Under the pieces are notes generated by a model. The model saw nothing but the letters and a program-made list of their open reading frames with translations. It searched no databases and was not told where the DNA came from. From positions 24,988,001 to 25,052,000 of the forward strand of contig NC_087245.1 in the NCBI RefSeq assembly GCF_037042905.1: a stretch of DNA of 64,000 nucleotides, given 5' to 3'. The stretch is from Lytechinus pictus (taxonomy: Eukaryota). Position numbers and translations under genes: made by a program. Positions 1-11,867 of the stretch are shown here, one piece after another. Numbering within the stretch: position 1 is the stretch's first letter; each line of letters starts with the position of its first letter.

Positions 1-550
1 TGTTTTTCAAATTTAGACCAATCATTTCTATGGACGAAGATTCTATTCATGGGTAAAAGTGAGTCTTTTTTCACCTTTTATGAGGGAGGGGGATATAATA
101 TTTTCAGATTATAATATCTTATTTATTTTTTTGACGTCTAAAAAAAAACGATGGGGGAAAGACCTTTGATGCTCTGCAATCCTTACTCATAACATAAGAT
201 CATCATTACGGATCTTATGGAAAGCACACCTTCATAATTATTTCCCAGTAAAAAGTTTTGACAGATCAAATTAAGACATATTACACACCCAACTTCTAAA
301 TATTCAAAATAATGACCTCTGATCTTAATGACCTTTGATTTTGCAACTCCTAAATGTCAACAGATCATTGTCACTCATGAATAAACTTAGCCAAAATGTA
401 AAGTTCAACCCTCAGTCAAATGCTTCTTCAGTTATTGTAAGAATGTCATATTTCAGATTTACCTCTGTGACCTCTGAACTTTGACCCCCTGACCCCAAAA
501 TCTAATCCGATTACTGCAAAATGTGATATGGAACGGAACCTCATACTAAC

Positions 551-2772
551 CTTGAAAAGCATGCAAAAACAATGACGGAATTCTGGAGACAAAGATCATC
601 ATTGAAGAACTGGCCACACCCAGTATCCCATATATGGCTGCAGCAGATAGATAGGCTAGCCCTAGAGCAGCACGTCCTCCATAGATATCCCCGAATCTAC
701 CATATATCGGACCACCAACAAGCATGATGCCAGAAAAGAAAGTTTGGAGATAACCAAATGTCACCATATCCATATTGAATTTCTTGGACAGAAACTGGAA
801 CCACAAAAGCAAAGGAAAGTTGAAAACATGGAATGTTCATAGAAATTTGCATAAAAATGGACAGGTATCTTCTTATAATAAAAATCATCACATTATTGTG
901 TAGAAAAAAATTTGTAATTTAATAGGTTTAAACGTTTTGTGTTCTATACTTACTCAAAGGGGAAATTCACCCTGACAATCACTTGATTTTTAATATAGAA
1001 ACAGAAAAAAATACAGAAATATATTGGTAAAAATTTGACTAAAATCCATAAGGGTCTAACTTAGAGAATATTATTCATTTTCAGTTTTAAATATGTGACT
1101 TCATGTCTGAGAGTGATTCACATATATAAGTATATTAAAATATTTTCAATAATAATTTATTAGGTCTATATATTTCTCTGATATACCTTAATGCAGTAAT
1201 ACATAGTCACAGGTTAAACTGTTTTAAATTACAGTATAGATAGAAAATTGTATTATAATTACTTCTATTGTATATCTGCTTTTCAGTAAAACAAAGTAAT
1301 AAAGTTTATTTACACATGTCACTGTCAGTTAACTTTCCATCTAATTACTTGCATAGCTTCCAGGAATATAAAATTTGTTTAAATCTTAATTATGTACTAG
1401 TCTCAGTCTACTAGAGACATTAGTCAGAATGAAAAGTGGATAGAGGGGTGAGGCTCGGACTGAGGGGTCTATATCTCAGTTAATTGGGAGGACAATAATT
1501 AGCATAAAGGAAAAATGTATTATAAAGACTGGAAGTGGAAGACTTTATAAATGTTCTCCCTCTTTTTACATGAGATTCACACAAAAAAATCTTAAGAACT
1601 AAAATTCTTAAGAAAGAGGTAGATTTACTGTAGCTGTAATTATCATGGCTTCACAAACGTCATTGCAAGACAAATATATATTTTTTTTTTTACTCAGTTA
1701 ATTTCAACTGCCTACATCATGGCCTATTATAAATAGATCTAACACTCAGCTGCTCAGTACCGTATGGGTACTAGTATTCAACCCGTCATAATTCAAAGAT
1801 TTTGACATATTCCCCAAAATATTTAGAAATAGGGAATTTATCTTAATTTCATACCTTTGTTATTTCCAGGGTAATCTGTTGTCGATATTTTCTTTGTCAA
1901 TCTGTCGACTGTATGCGCGGAGGATCAAATTATGCGGCGATGGCCTTTTGCACAGAATGGTACTAGTATTCAACCTAGTGAGGATTGATAGCAAATCTCA
2001 AAAGGGTTAAGATTGCTAAATTAGATCTAGATCTATGTAAGTCTCTGGCTTTGATTAATTCCCTGTTTGGTCTCATCTCAAATGGTCTAGTCCATAGTCG
2101 GATGGGACAAGGGCAGATTGAGAGACAGGGCCATCTTTCATCGCTAGGTTGAATACTAGTGCCGACGGGTTGAATACTAGTACCAAAATCCGTCGCCGTA
2201 TAATTCGATCGCCCGCGCACACAGTCAACTGGTTGAAGAAAAAAATAACGGAAAAAGAATAACCAGCATTTGCTCTTGGAAATAAGACGGGTCTGAAATT
2301 CAGGTAAATTCTATATTTCTATATATTTGAGGAAACTCTCCAAACGGGTTGAATACTAGTGCCCTTACGGTACTATTAGTAACAGACTACCGGTATAACT
2401 ATAAACACTTAAACAGCCTACCGGTAAAACGCCCATTTGTATCCAGAAACAGACAGCATACAGAAATGTATTAATTAGAATCACTGTTTTCACTGCTTTC
2501 ATATTAACGTTTGTTTTCTGTTGCCTCCGTTCATTTTTCTCACGATGAATTTCTACTTCCAGCTCCATCTCCCTTGTTAGTGACTCTCCCCCGGCGGTTA
2601 GGCCGCGCTCGTCTTGATGAATAGCCCCTCTCTCCACAGTACCGTCTGCTAGTGTGTTTGCTGCAGCGTTTGTTTTCATTCCAATTCTACCATTTGACAG
2701 ACGTTCATCCGGAGTTAGATGTTCTCCATTTCGGTCTTGTCCTTTCCTGTAACGATTGCCAGACCTCAACAT
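551..2772 (-). CDS. SLC22A18: Solute carrier family 22 member 18-like MFS transporter, first two coding exons (2772-2422, 794-551); gene continues off the left edge
   Basis: Spliced peptide ...VILINTFLYAVCFWIQMGVLP|FLSKKFNMDMVTFGYLQTFFSGIMLVGGPIYGRFGDIYGGRAAL... resembles the SLC22A18 N-terminal helices as recalled (FGYLQT, GGPxxGRFxD MFS motif A). Canonical GT/AG sites at 2421, 795 and 550. Confidence 0.85.
1760..2370. mobile_element. ~610-bp palindromic MITE (Tc1/mariner-pogo-like) in SLC22A18 intron 1
   Basis: TA|CCGTATGGGTACTAGTATTCAACCCGT ... ACGGGTTGAATACTAGTGCCCTTACGG|TA. Internal inverted copies of the TACTAGTATTCAACC motif. TA on both flanks. Confidence 0.75.
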
Positions 2773-4514
2773 ATTTTTTATTCTAAAATTTAATCATTTG
2801 AAATTCTGAACAACAATCCGATCCGAAGACTGAGAAATTTACGACACGTAGGCCTAACCGATTTACAAAGCCAAAGAGCGCAACTCTAAAAGATGAATAT
2901 AAACATAGAGCTATAATAGCTCCATGCTATAAACTCCGTAGTAGGCTTTTTAAGCGCGAATTTGCCTCGGCAAATTAAGGGATCCCCCGGGGGATCTTCG
3001 AGGGGGCCGGTGTGGGTGGCAGTACCAGCCCAGGGATTTTTAGGGGGCAAACGAATATTTTTGGTGGGGGGGGGGGGGATGCAGACACAGTTTGTTAGGC
3101 CTGTTTCACAAAATCAAGCGAGAAGCGCAAGCTGAAATTAGTAGAGGTAGTGAGGCCCCAATTAGGGATGGGGGGGGGGGGGGCGGGTGCAGCTGCGTAT
3201 CCAGCATCAGATCCTACAAAGCATTTGAGGGGCCCAAGTGTCTGGAGACAATAGTGACTCTATTATTCTTGTGCATGGACCCATGCATTTCTTTGTCACA
3301 GTAGTTGATGCTGGATACAAAGCGGCCTGGCTGGGCTCGATGCAGCCCCCCCCCCCCCCCCCACTTTTTTCCAAAACCATGTAAAAAACGTAAAAATTAC
3401 CATCTGATTGTGAATTTGCATGGTCAGCCCCCCCCCCCCTCGTTTTCAAATCTGTTCCGCAGCACATATGGACCCATATTGCAGTGTCTCGTGAAGATGA
3501 TATTTCACCAAATGAATAATACGGGAGCCGCAAGGGCGAGCTGAAAAATGTTAACCTCCTGAGATGGTACTGGACTCATTGGATTGTATTCACGAACCCA
3601 TGGCCATTGGAACAATTTTTTACAGGGGGTGCTGATGTAAATTTGACAAGCGGGGTTCGATCACTTCAAAAATGAACGTAAAAGGGTGTCATGACAGCGC
3701 CCCGGGAAAATCTTGGCCGGGTGCATGCTTCAGCACCCCCGCTTCCTAGGGTCATGCATGAACAGGATGGGTATATAACTAAACAATGGATGGGAGCGCG
3801 TAGCGCGAGCTGAAATTTAATAATATATCTCGAATCACGAGAAAAATAATTTGTGCATTGACTTGAACACTTGATTTTTAAACCCTATGTTATCCTATTG
3901 AACAGATCTTGTTATTTATCTCAATCAAAAGCCACTGCGAGCGCGAGCAAAATTTCGAATTTTATCTAGTGACCTGAAAAAAATTAGTATATTAATAATG
4001 ACTTAATGAGAAAATTTTCAAAATTTGAAGAATATGCAAAGATAATGCTGTTTTGGGGGCACTTTACAGCTTAGTAAGATTTTTTTTTTCGAGTTTTCGA
4101 AATTTCTGGGGGGATAAGACCTTGACTGGAGGTGCCCCCGTGCCCCCCCCCCCCCTCCCCCGGATGCCACCACCAGGGCCCTGGGAACGATTTTTTTTTC
4201 ACTGGGGTGCTGATGTAACTTTGAAAAGCAAAAAAAAGAAAAGGTTTTCACTACAAAATGGAGGTCAAATTGGCCCTGATAAATATGAAAAGAAAAAAAA
4301 TGAGTTTCACTAAAAAAATGAAGGTCATTTTGGTTATTTTTTTCCTTTTTACATCCCTCCCAGAATACCTTGGGTGCTGCCTGAAAAATAATACACGCAG
4401 TCCCCCCCCCCCCCCAACAGGCGCGAATCCAGAATTTTGCACCCGCGGGGCGACGTAATTTTGGCGCCCCTGTGAACTTTTCGGAAAATGGCGCCCCCCC
4501 CCCCCCCCCGACAG

Positions 4515-5365
4515 GCAAATAAAGGTGCCTTAAAATTTTTGATATTCCGACCTAAAATTTTGAAAGTCTAAAATAAAAGCATTTTTGGTATTCAAGAACA
4601 GGATGGGTATCTATCTCAACATTATTTTTATTCGCGCGCAAAGTGCGAGCTGAAATTTTTTTATATTCTGACCGAGAATTTGGACATTCTAAGCATAATG
4701 TTGGTAGTCATGAACAGAATGAGTACCTAACAAAACGAAGCGCGAGCTTAAAATTTTAGAATTTCCGACCCAAAACTAGACTTTCCTAAGCACTTTTCGT
4801 AACCATGAACATGATCGTCACCTATCAATTGATGCAAGCGTAAAGGGCGAGATGGAAATCTTTTATATTCCGACCTAAAATTTGAAAAGTCTAAAAACAC
4901 TTTTGGTATTCAAGAACAGGATGGATATGATCTAAATAATTGATGCGAGCGCGTAGCGCAAGCTGAAAATTTTGATATTCTGACCTAGAATTTGGACATT
5001 CTAAGCATATTTTGGTAATCATGAACAGGATGAGTATATAGCAAAACATTGTATGAAGCGCGAGCTGAAATTTTTGATATTTCGACCCAAAGTTGGACAT
5101 TCTAAGCACTTTTCTAACCATGAACAGGATCGTCACCTATCAATTGATGCGAGCACAAAGGGCGAGATGATTTTTTTGTATATTCTGACCTAAAATTGTT
5201 TGCTTTCTAAGCACTATTGGTAATCATGAACAGGATGGTTATCTAACAAATTATATGCGAGCGCGAAGCGCGGGCTAAAAATTGTTGATATTCTGACCAT
5301 AAATATGGAAAGTCTATAATCACTATTGGTAATCAAGAACAGGATGGGCATCTAACTATGCATTT
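4515..5365 (+). repeat. Degenerate tandem array of ~115-120 bp units
   Basis: Recurrent GCGCGAGCTGAAATTTTT..ATATTCTGACC..TTCTAAGCA..CATGAACAGGATGGG motifs. Confidence 0.85.
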
Positions 5366-5379
5366 GAGTGCAAGCGCGG

Positions 5380-6110
5380 GCGCCAAAGTCATGTAAAACA
5401 TGAATTTGGCGCCCCCCGGTCGAACATCGAATTGGCGCCCCAAAGGTCGAATATAAATTTGGCGCCCCATCCCTAGGTTGAAAATGAATTTGGTGCCCCA
5501 GGAAAAATATCGAATTGGCGCCCCAAAGGTCATATATGAATTTGGGGCCCCCTCCCTATAGGTTGAAAAAACTTGGGCACCTAAGGCAGAACATCAATTC
5601 GGCGCCCCCCCCCCTTCCTAGGTTGAAGAGTAATTCGGCGCCCCAATGTCGAACTTCAATTGGGCGCCCCCTATTTCAAACATCAATTCGGCGCTCCCTA
5701 TAATATGTCGAACACCAATTCGGCGCTCCTAGGTAGAACATAAATTTGGCGCCCCCTATATCAAACTCTAATTCAACCTATGTCGAACATGAATTCGGTG
5801 CCCCTAGGTAGAACATAAATTCAGCGCCCCTAGGTCGAACATCAATAATTTGATGCCCCTAGTTTGAACATAAATTCGGCGCCCCTTGGTAGAACATCAA
5901 TTTGGTGCCCCCTATATCAAACTCTAATTCGGCGCCCCCTATATCAAACTGTAATTCGGCGCCCCTATATGTCGTACTTCATTTCGCTCCCCCTCCCTAT
6001 GTCGATCCTCACTTTGGCGCCATCCTAGACCGAACATAAATTCGCCGACCCCTATATCAAACTCTAATTCGGCGCCCCTATGTGGCTATGTCGAACTTCT
6101 ATTCGGCACC
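5380..6110 (+). repeat. Minisatellite with ~22-24 bp units (AATTCGGCGCCCCCTATATCAAACTCT-like)
   Basis: About 30 successive AATT(C/T)GGCGCCCC cores with variable spacers derived from one consensus. Confidence 0.85.
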
Positions 6111-7494
6111 CCCCCCCCCTTCTTTTTCTTCTTCTCTCTTTCTTTCCCCTTTTTTTTCTCTTTCTCTTCTCCTTTTCCTCCCCTTTTCTTTCCCCTCTTT
6201 TCTTCTTCTTTTTGGCGCCCCCCTTTTCTCCTACACAGGGGGGCGGGGGCGGGCCCCGAAAGGCCCCCCACAATACACGCATGCCCAAGGAAATTCCTGG
6301 GTTTGCCGCTTCCCAGGGCCGTGGCCTCCACTGGCATTTATAGAAGCAAGTTTCATAAAGTTCATATCGAAATTAGCTATTTATGAAAGTATGAAAAGTC
6401 TCAACTTATGGCGATTAAAAATGGCGGGTTTACTTAGTAATACAACTCTTAACATAAAATTCATATGTCCTCCTTAATCGCTGAATATGCTGCTCATCTG
6501 TATAATGTCTCAATTCAACATGATGTTACGTTTTAAACGTTTTGATACTTTTACTGTACCCATTCATCGATTTTTTTTCCCCACACATTGAAAGTGTCCC
6601 GCTTTATATAAAGAAGTTATAAGACCGCTATTATATACAAAAGAATTATTCATCCTCACCTCGATTTTTGTGCCACCGATTGAATGAAACACAATTGCAC
6701 AAAATTAATAACACATTATTATGGTATATACATCCTCGATATCTAAAGCTTCAAATACCTCAAATAAATAACCTGTTTATTAAGATCCAAAATGTTCAGT
6801 CTGTTAAAATGTAATTGGAATTAACACCCTCTCCTTTTGCAGGGACAGTAGAACCAGGGGGCAGGGGACACTTCCCTCCACAATGTCTCCAATAGGAAAA
6901 TATTCTCTTTTTTTTTTTCAAAATGAACTTTGCACTTTGTGATGTAACACGTTCTTTAATCTGCGCATTTTCGCCCTAAAGTCGATTTTCTTTATTTGTT
7001 ATTTATTTCAGATGGCGAAATATTTCTTTCTTTTTTCATTCACTTTTCTTTTTTCGCCTCTGAAGGGCCACGTATAGGCTTACAGTCACTAGCGTACCTA
7101 AGGAAGGCAGGGGGCAGACTGCCCCCCCCCCCCCCTGACGAGTCACAAGCAAAAAAAAAAGGAAGCGAAAAAAGGGGAAAAAAGAAAGAGAAAAAGGGGG
7201 AAGGGTAAAAAGAAAAAAAAAGTTTAAGAGAAAGGGGAAAACAAAAACTGGACTGCAGACTGTCGGAAAAAATTATGAACTGTCGGGAACACGGGGCTGT
7301 TCCAACTGAATCGGTTTTTTAGTTCCACCATCTTTGTCGCTAAATATAAATTAAACTGTACACTTTTATCGGTAAATTGTGATTTTTTACGAAATGCGAC
7401 TTTTAGAGCGCTCTGTACCGATAGTGAGGACGGATTGGGCTGACCAGGGACAGGAAAAGGTAGAGAACAACTTTTAGGTAATATAATTATAACA

Positions 7495-8470
7495 ATACAC
7501 GCTCGCATCAATTTTTAGGTTAGATACATAAGATAAATGTCTAGTTTTCAGGTTGAAATATCAAAAATTTTCAGCTCGCACTTCGCGCTCGCGTCAATTG
7601 ATTAGTTAGAAACCATTTTGTTCACGGTTACAAAAAGTGCTTATAATATCCAGTTCTTAAACCGGAATATCAAAAAATTTTGCTCGTGCTTCGCGCTCAC
7701 ATATATAACTGTTTAGGTATATCCATCCTGTTCATAATTAAATGAAGTGCTTAGAATGTCCGGTTTTCAGGTCGGAATATAAAAAATGAAAATATCAAAA
7801 ATATATCATTAGAAACCAATTTGTTCACGGTTACAAAAATTGCTTAGAATATCAAGTTCTTAGGTCGGAATATCAAAATTTTCAGCTCGAGCTTCGCACT
7901 CGCATAATATTCCATCCTGTTCATAATGAAATGAAGTGCTAAGAATGTAAAGTTTCAGGTCGAAATATCAAAAAATTTCAGTTCGCGCTTCGCGCTCACA
8001 CCAATTAATTGTTTTTAACTATCATCTCGTTCATAGTTTAAAAAAAAAAGGTGCTTAGAATAATCCAGTTTTCAGGAGGGAATATCTCAGATTTTCAGCT
8101 CGCTCTTCGCGCTCGCATAAATTAATTATTCAGTTAGAAACCAATTTGTTCATGGTTACTAAAAGTGCTTAGAATATCCAGTTCTTAAGTCGGAATAACA
8201 AGTTTTAGCTCGCGCTTCGCGCCCGCACAACTGTTTAGATACCCATCCTGTAAAACTGCTTAGAATGTCTAGTGTCCAGTTAGGAATATCAAAATTTTTA
8301 GCTCGCACAATTTATAAAGGAATATACCCTTCATATTCATAATTAAGTGCACAAAATGTATCGTTTTAGGTCTAAATTTTTAGAAAAATTCAGCTCGCGC
8401 TTCGCGCTCGCAATTATTATTTTTATAAGGCTAAATAATAAATGAAATTTGTTTCGCTCGCTCGAAAATC
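7495..8470 (-). repeat. Same ~120-bp tandem family as 4515-5365, in the opposite orientation
   Basis: Recurrent AAAATTTTCAGCTCGCGCTTCGCGCTCGCA..CATCCTGTTCAT..GTGCTTAGAA, the reverse complement of the upstream array. Confidence 0.85.
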
Positions 8471-10072
8471 AAAAACTGTGAAGTTCATATTTGGGCAATG
8501 ATTATAAGCCCCCCTTGAAAAAAATTGTGCCTATACGTCCATGTCTACTACCCCCCCCCCCCCCCCCACCTTGCTCATCCTTGTCGCTTGCCCCCCCTGA
8601 CGAAATATGCCAGGTAAGCCACTGCTTACAGTATTTCCCCAAATTCAGACGAGCCAAAAGACAGGGGAAAAAATGAAGGAAACCGTTCGGGAGGGGGGGG
8701 TTACGGGGTGTATCCGCACCCTTGGATACGCGCCTGCAAGTGTTGCTTTTTTTACCGTCGACTGAAATCCGATCTCCCAGCTTTCATAAAATGCATCCAA
8801 CATCTTCCTAAGTTCGTTTTTTCCTAAAATTAGGGGCGCCATATTGATCTTAAACTTGAGGGACGCCAAATCGCCCGGAAAGCAAGGGGGCTTCAAAAAT
8901 AGTTTTAAAGTTATATAGGGACGCAAAAATAAGAGGTTGTGGAGCGTGTTTGATCATAACCTTATCCCGGAACCTTATAGTGGCGCCAAATCGATAAGTA
9001 ATTAAGGTTGGGGCGCTATATTCATGATATAGATTTAAGTATTGGGGTGTCCCATTTACTCATAAGGGTTGGGCGTTGATTTCTTGTTTTCATAATATTG
9101 TCTCCGAGTGAGATCATGACTTGATCAGATTAGTGCTTAAAATGTCATCTCCAATCATTTTAGCACGAGCTTCACTTGAAAGAATATGTTTAAAAGGTCC
9201 CATTCAGGACTGCATACATGTAATGTAAAATAAGCTCGCGCTTTGCGCTCGTGTTATTTAATTAGTGAGGTCACCTATCCTCCTCGAATTTCTGCACACG
9301 ATCCTTTTGCATAATCATTTTCGGGTCAGTGTGTGAAAACAATTGAATTCAGCTCGTGCTTCGCGCTTGCATTAATTGCATATTGAGACCTGCTCATGGT
9401 CCCATTTGGATGTAGGTGGAGCAATATTGTCAGCGGAGCAAATATCGGCGAAACAAATTTTACAAAAAGTGCTTAGAATATCTGATCGCCGAGATGAAAA
9501 TATTTTTCCGCCCCGGGCCCCTATAGCTATTATAGCGAAAGCTGGACCCTTCCCTGATGGTAAAGAAATGTCAGCTCATCGCGCTCACATAATTTTACTA
9601 CAGAGCCTACTCTGATGAGAAGTTAAAGTAAAGTAAATCCCCACAGTGCTTTAATTACGGTTTTCTGTAGTTCGCCTCTATTCTTTTCAAAAAGTGGTAT
9701 ATTTATATTACAACATATTCATGGATATTTTTTCATGAACAAAAGTGATCTTCGCGATTGCCCTTTTTTCACGTGGCTATGCAATGAGATAATTCAACAT
9801 GCATTTAAGGCACCTATGTTTGCCTGGCGGGGCCCCCCCGCCCCCCCCCCCCCGGCATTTTCTGAAAAGTTCACAGGGGCGCAAACATTAGGTCGGGCCC
9901 CCGGGTGCAAAATCCTGGATATATATAAATGCGCCTGTTGTTATCACTGAATGAAGCCAATTAAATTGATACGTGAAACTATAAGAGATCGAGATAATTA
10001 CATTTATTTATGTATTGATATGTGTATTGTGTGAGGGTGTGGATGTGTGATCACAAAAAGAAAATATGATAT

Positions 10073-10485
10073 TAGGGGCGGATCCAGGATATTTCGAAAG
10101 GGGGGCACATTTTTCCAAGGGAAATTTAATTGACAAGAAAAATTAAAAGGTCCTCATTTTCAATGGGGGGGGGGGGCAGTGTTAGAACGACATATTTACA
10201 TTTTTTTTATTATGCCTCTCAAAGGGATGATCCGCCAGCTAGTGATGATAACGTAAGTGACAGATTCAGAATTTTTAGAGACATGCATGTTGGGGGCACA
10301 ATTAATAGCAAATTTGAAAAGAGATGGGGTGCGCACTATTTTTGTAAGGATAAAAGATAAAGATAACAATTTTTTCAGATTTAGCTATATTAGCATTGGG
10401 CAATTTTCAAATCGTAGAAGGGCGCACTTCCCTCTCGCCCCCCCCCCCCCCCCCCCCTCCCCCATGCACCTGGATCCGCCATTGC
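10073..10485. mobile_element. Non-autonomous TIR element (MITE) upstream of RPLP0
   Basis: Terminal inverted repeats GGCGGATCCAGG ... CCTGGATCCGCC. Confidence 0.6.
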
Positions 10486-10679
10486 CACTGACACTGTTTC
10501 ATCGTGCTTGCGCCTCGAGTACTTTACCCATTCGTACTTTACCCATTCTCTACCCTCATGTACCACCGTTGAGGTGTGCTTTGCTCAATGGAGTAACGTC
10601 TCTTTACATTCAACGCCCATACTGATTTTCGCTGCTCCATCTGTGACTCGGTGGAGTATGGTCGCGTACACGAGCAAAG

Positions 10680-10734
10680 CACGTGTACTAGTTACCAGCC
10701 AAATCTGTCTCTTTCGTTATCTTCATCTGAAATT
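10680..10734 (+). promoter_or_regulatory. RPLP0: RPLP0 core promoter with TCT initiator/5'TOP tract and non-coding exon 1 (~10709-10734)
   Basis: TCTCTTTCGTTATCTTC pyrimidine tract followed by donor GTAAGA at 10735. E-box CACGTG at 10680. Typical ribosomal-protein gene architecture; the exact start site is inferred. Confidence 0.7.
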
Positions 10735-11301
10735 GTAAGAATGTGGAAATGATAACCCTCTAGAAATTGACTTAAATTACTATTTTCTGAATGCAAATTG
10801 TGTGAAATGAGCGATAATTGTGATGTATGAAGATTGAAATTTCCGATTTAAATATCTGAAGGGGGAGATGATGTGTAATAAAATGATAACGAGTCATTTT
10901 GAAAAAAGTCGAAAGAATTTGTGAAATGAACAATCGTGTAGGTAGCGTTCGCTGCGTGTGGACGTGTGTGCGTGTATCATGCTGATGAGAGCTGTCTGGC
11001 TGTGGACAGTGCAGTGTGGTTCACGAATAGTTGCTAAGTTATTGTGCAACTGCAAGTGCAACATGTGGGTTCTTTGGGAAATGGGAATAGACACAAATAA
11101 TAGCATTGGCCCTTGCTGTTGAATGCAAAGTTAAATTGCAATTTATGTCTGAATGTGATGATGAATGATTGTTGGCATGATTACACTGTAATTTACAGAT
11201 TAGGCTGACTGGGGCCTGGGCTGAGCCGAGTCTGAGAGTGAGAATAGTGAGTGATTGAGAAATTTGTGAATTTGACAGTCGATGCAATGCATGCCGTGTT
11301 T

Positions 11302-11461
11302 TAAGGTTTATCGCTTATCAGAACCGCAATGCGTTATGGGATCGAAAAGGGGGCCGTTAGCGCACTGCGGACAGTCAGTGCACAGATATAGCTAGCTAGC
11401 TAACGGCCCCTTTTCGATCCAGGCTATGATGCATTGCGGTTCTGATGAGCGATGAACCTTA
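11302..11461. mobile_element. 160-bp hairpin MITE in RPLP0 intron 1
   Basis: ~60-bp arms TAAGGTTTATCGCTTATCAGAACCGCAATGC...GGATCGAAAAGGGGGCCGTTAGC / GCTAACGGCCCCTTTTCGATCC...GCATTGCGGTTCTGATGAGCGATGAACCTTA. Confidence 0.7.
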
Positions 11462-11867
11462 TTGCCTTGGCCATGCCCATGCCTTGGGAGATTCATGAAT
11501 GACATTTATTTAGATCTAGACCTATTTGTAATTGCAATTTTTTTTTGTATGTGCATCAGAGAGAAGGGGAATTTAGATTCAAAAGTTAAAATATTAACGT
11601 TAATTAAAGAAGATCAGCTGCAGTACGTAGTCTAGTCTGAAATCCTTTCATGTGAATAACTGTCTTCAGTAGTTTCTAATTTGTTTAATTTTTTTTTAAA
11701 TGGCCAACATTTTTAGGTTCTTTTATTGTGATTTTATTTGTAAAAAAAAATTAAAAAGTTACTAATTTATCTATATCTCATTTTTATTTTTCTCCCCTAT
11801 TTTCCACTGGTTGGTTCCAGTTTGTCTTGTCTTTAAATCAGCTTCGGCGATCCTTGAGTCACACAAG

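Noticed and set aside
5380..6110. Repeat-spacer-like array resembling CRISPR
   Set aside because: The spacers are themselves variants of one consensus and are too short; eukaryotic context with no cas genes. It is a minisatellite.
3000..10640. Many short Gly/Pro/Lys/Phe-rich ORFs
   Set aside because: Produced by G/C and A/T homopolymer runs in repeats; no protein motifs or splice-consistent structure.
11155..11236. Possible C/D snoRNA in RPLP0 intron 1 (GTGATGA ... CTGA)
   Set aside because: No convincing terminal stem and no recognisable rRNA antisense element.
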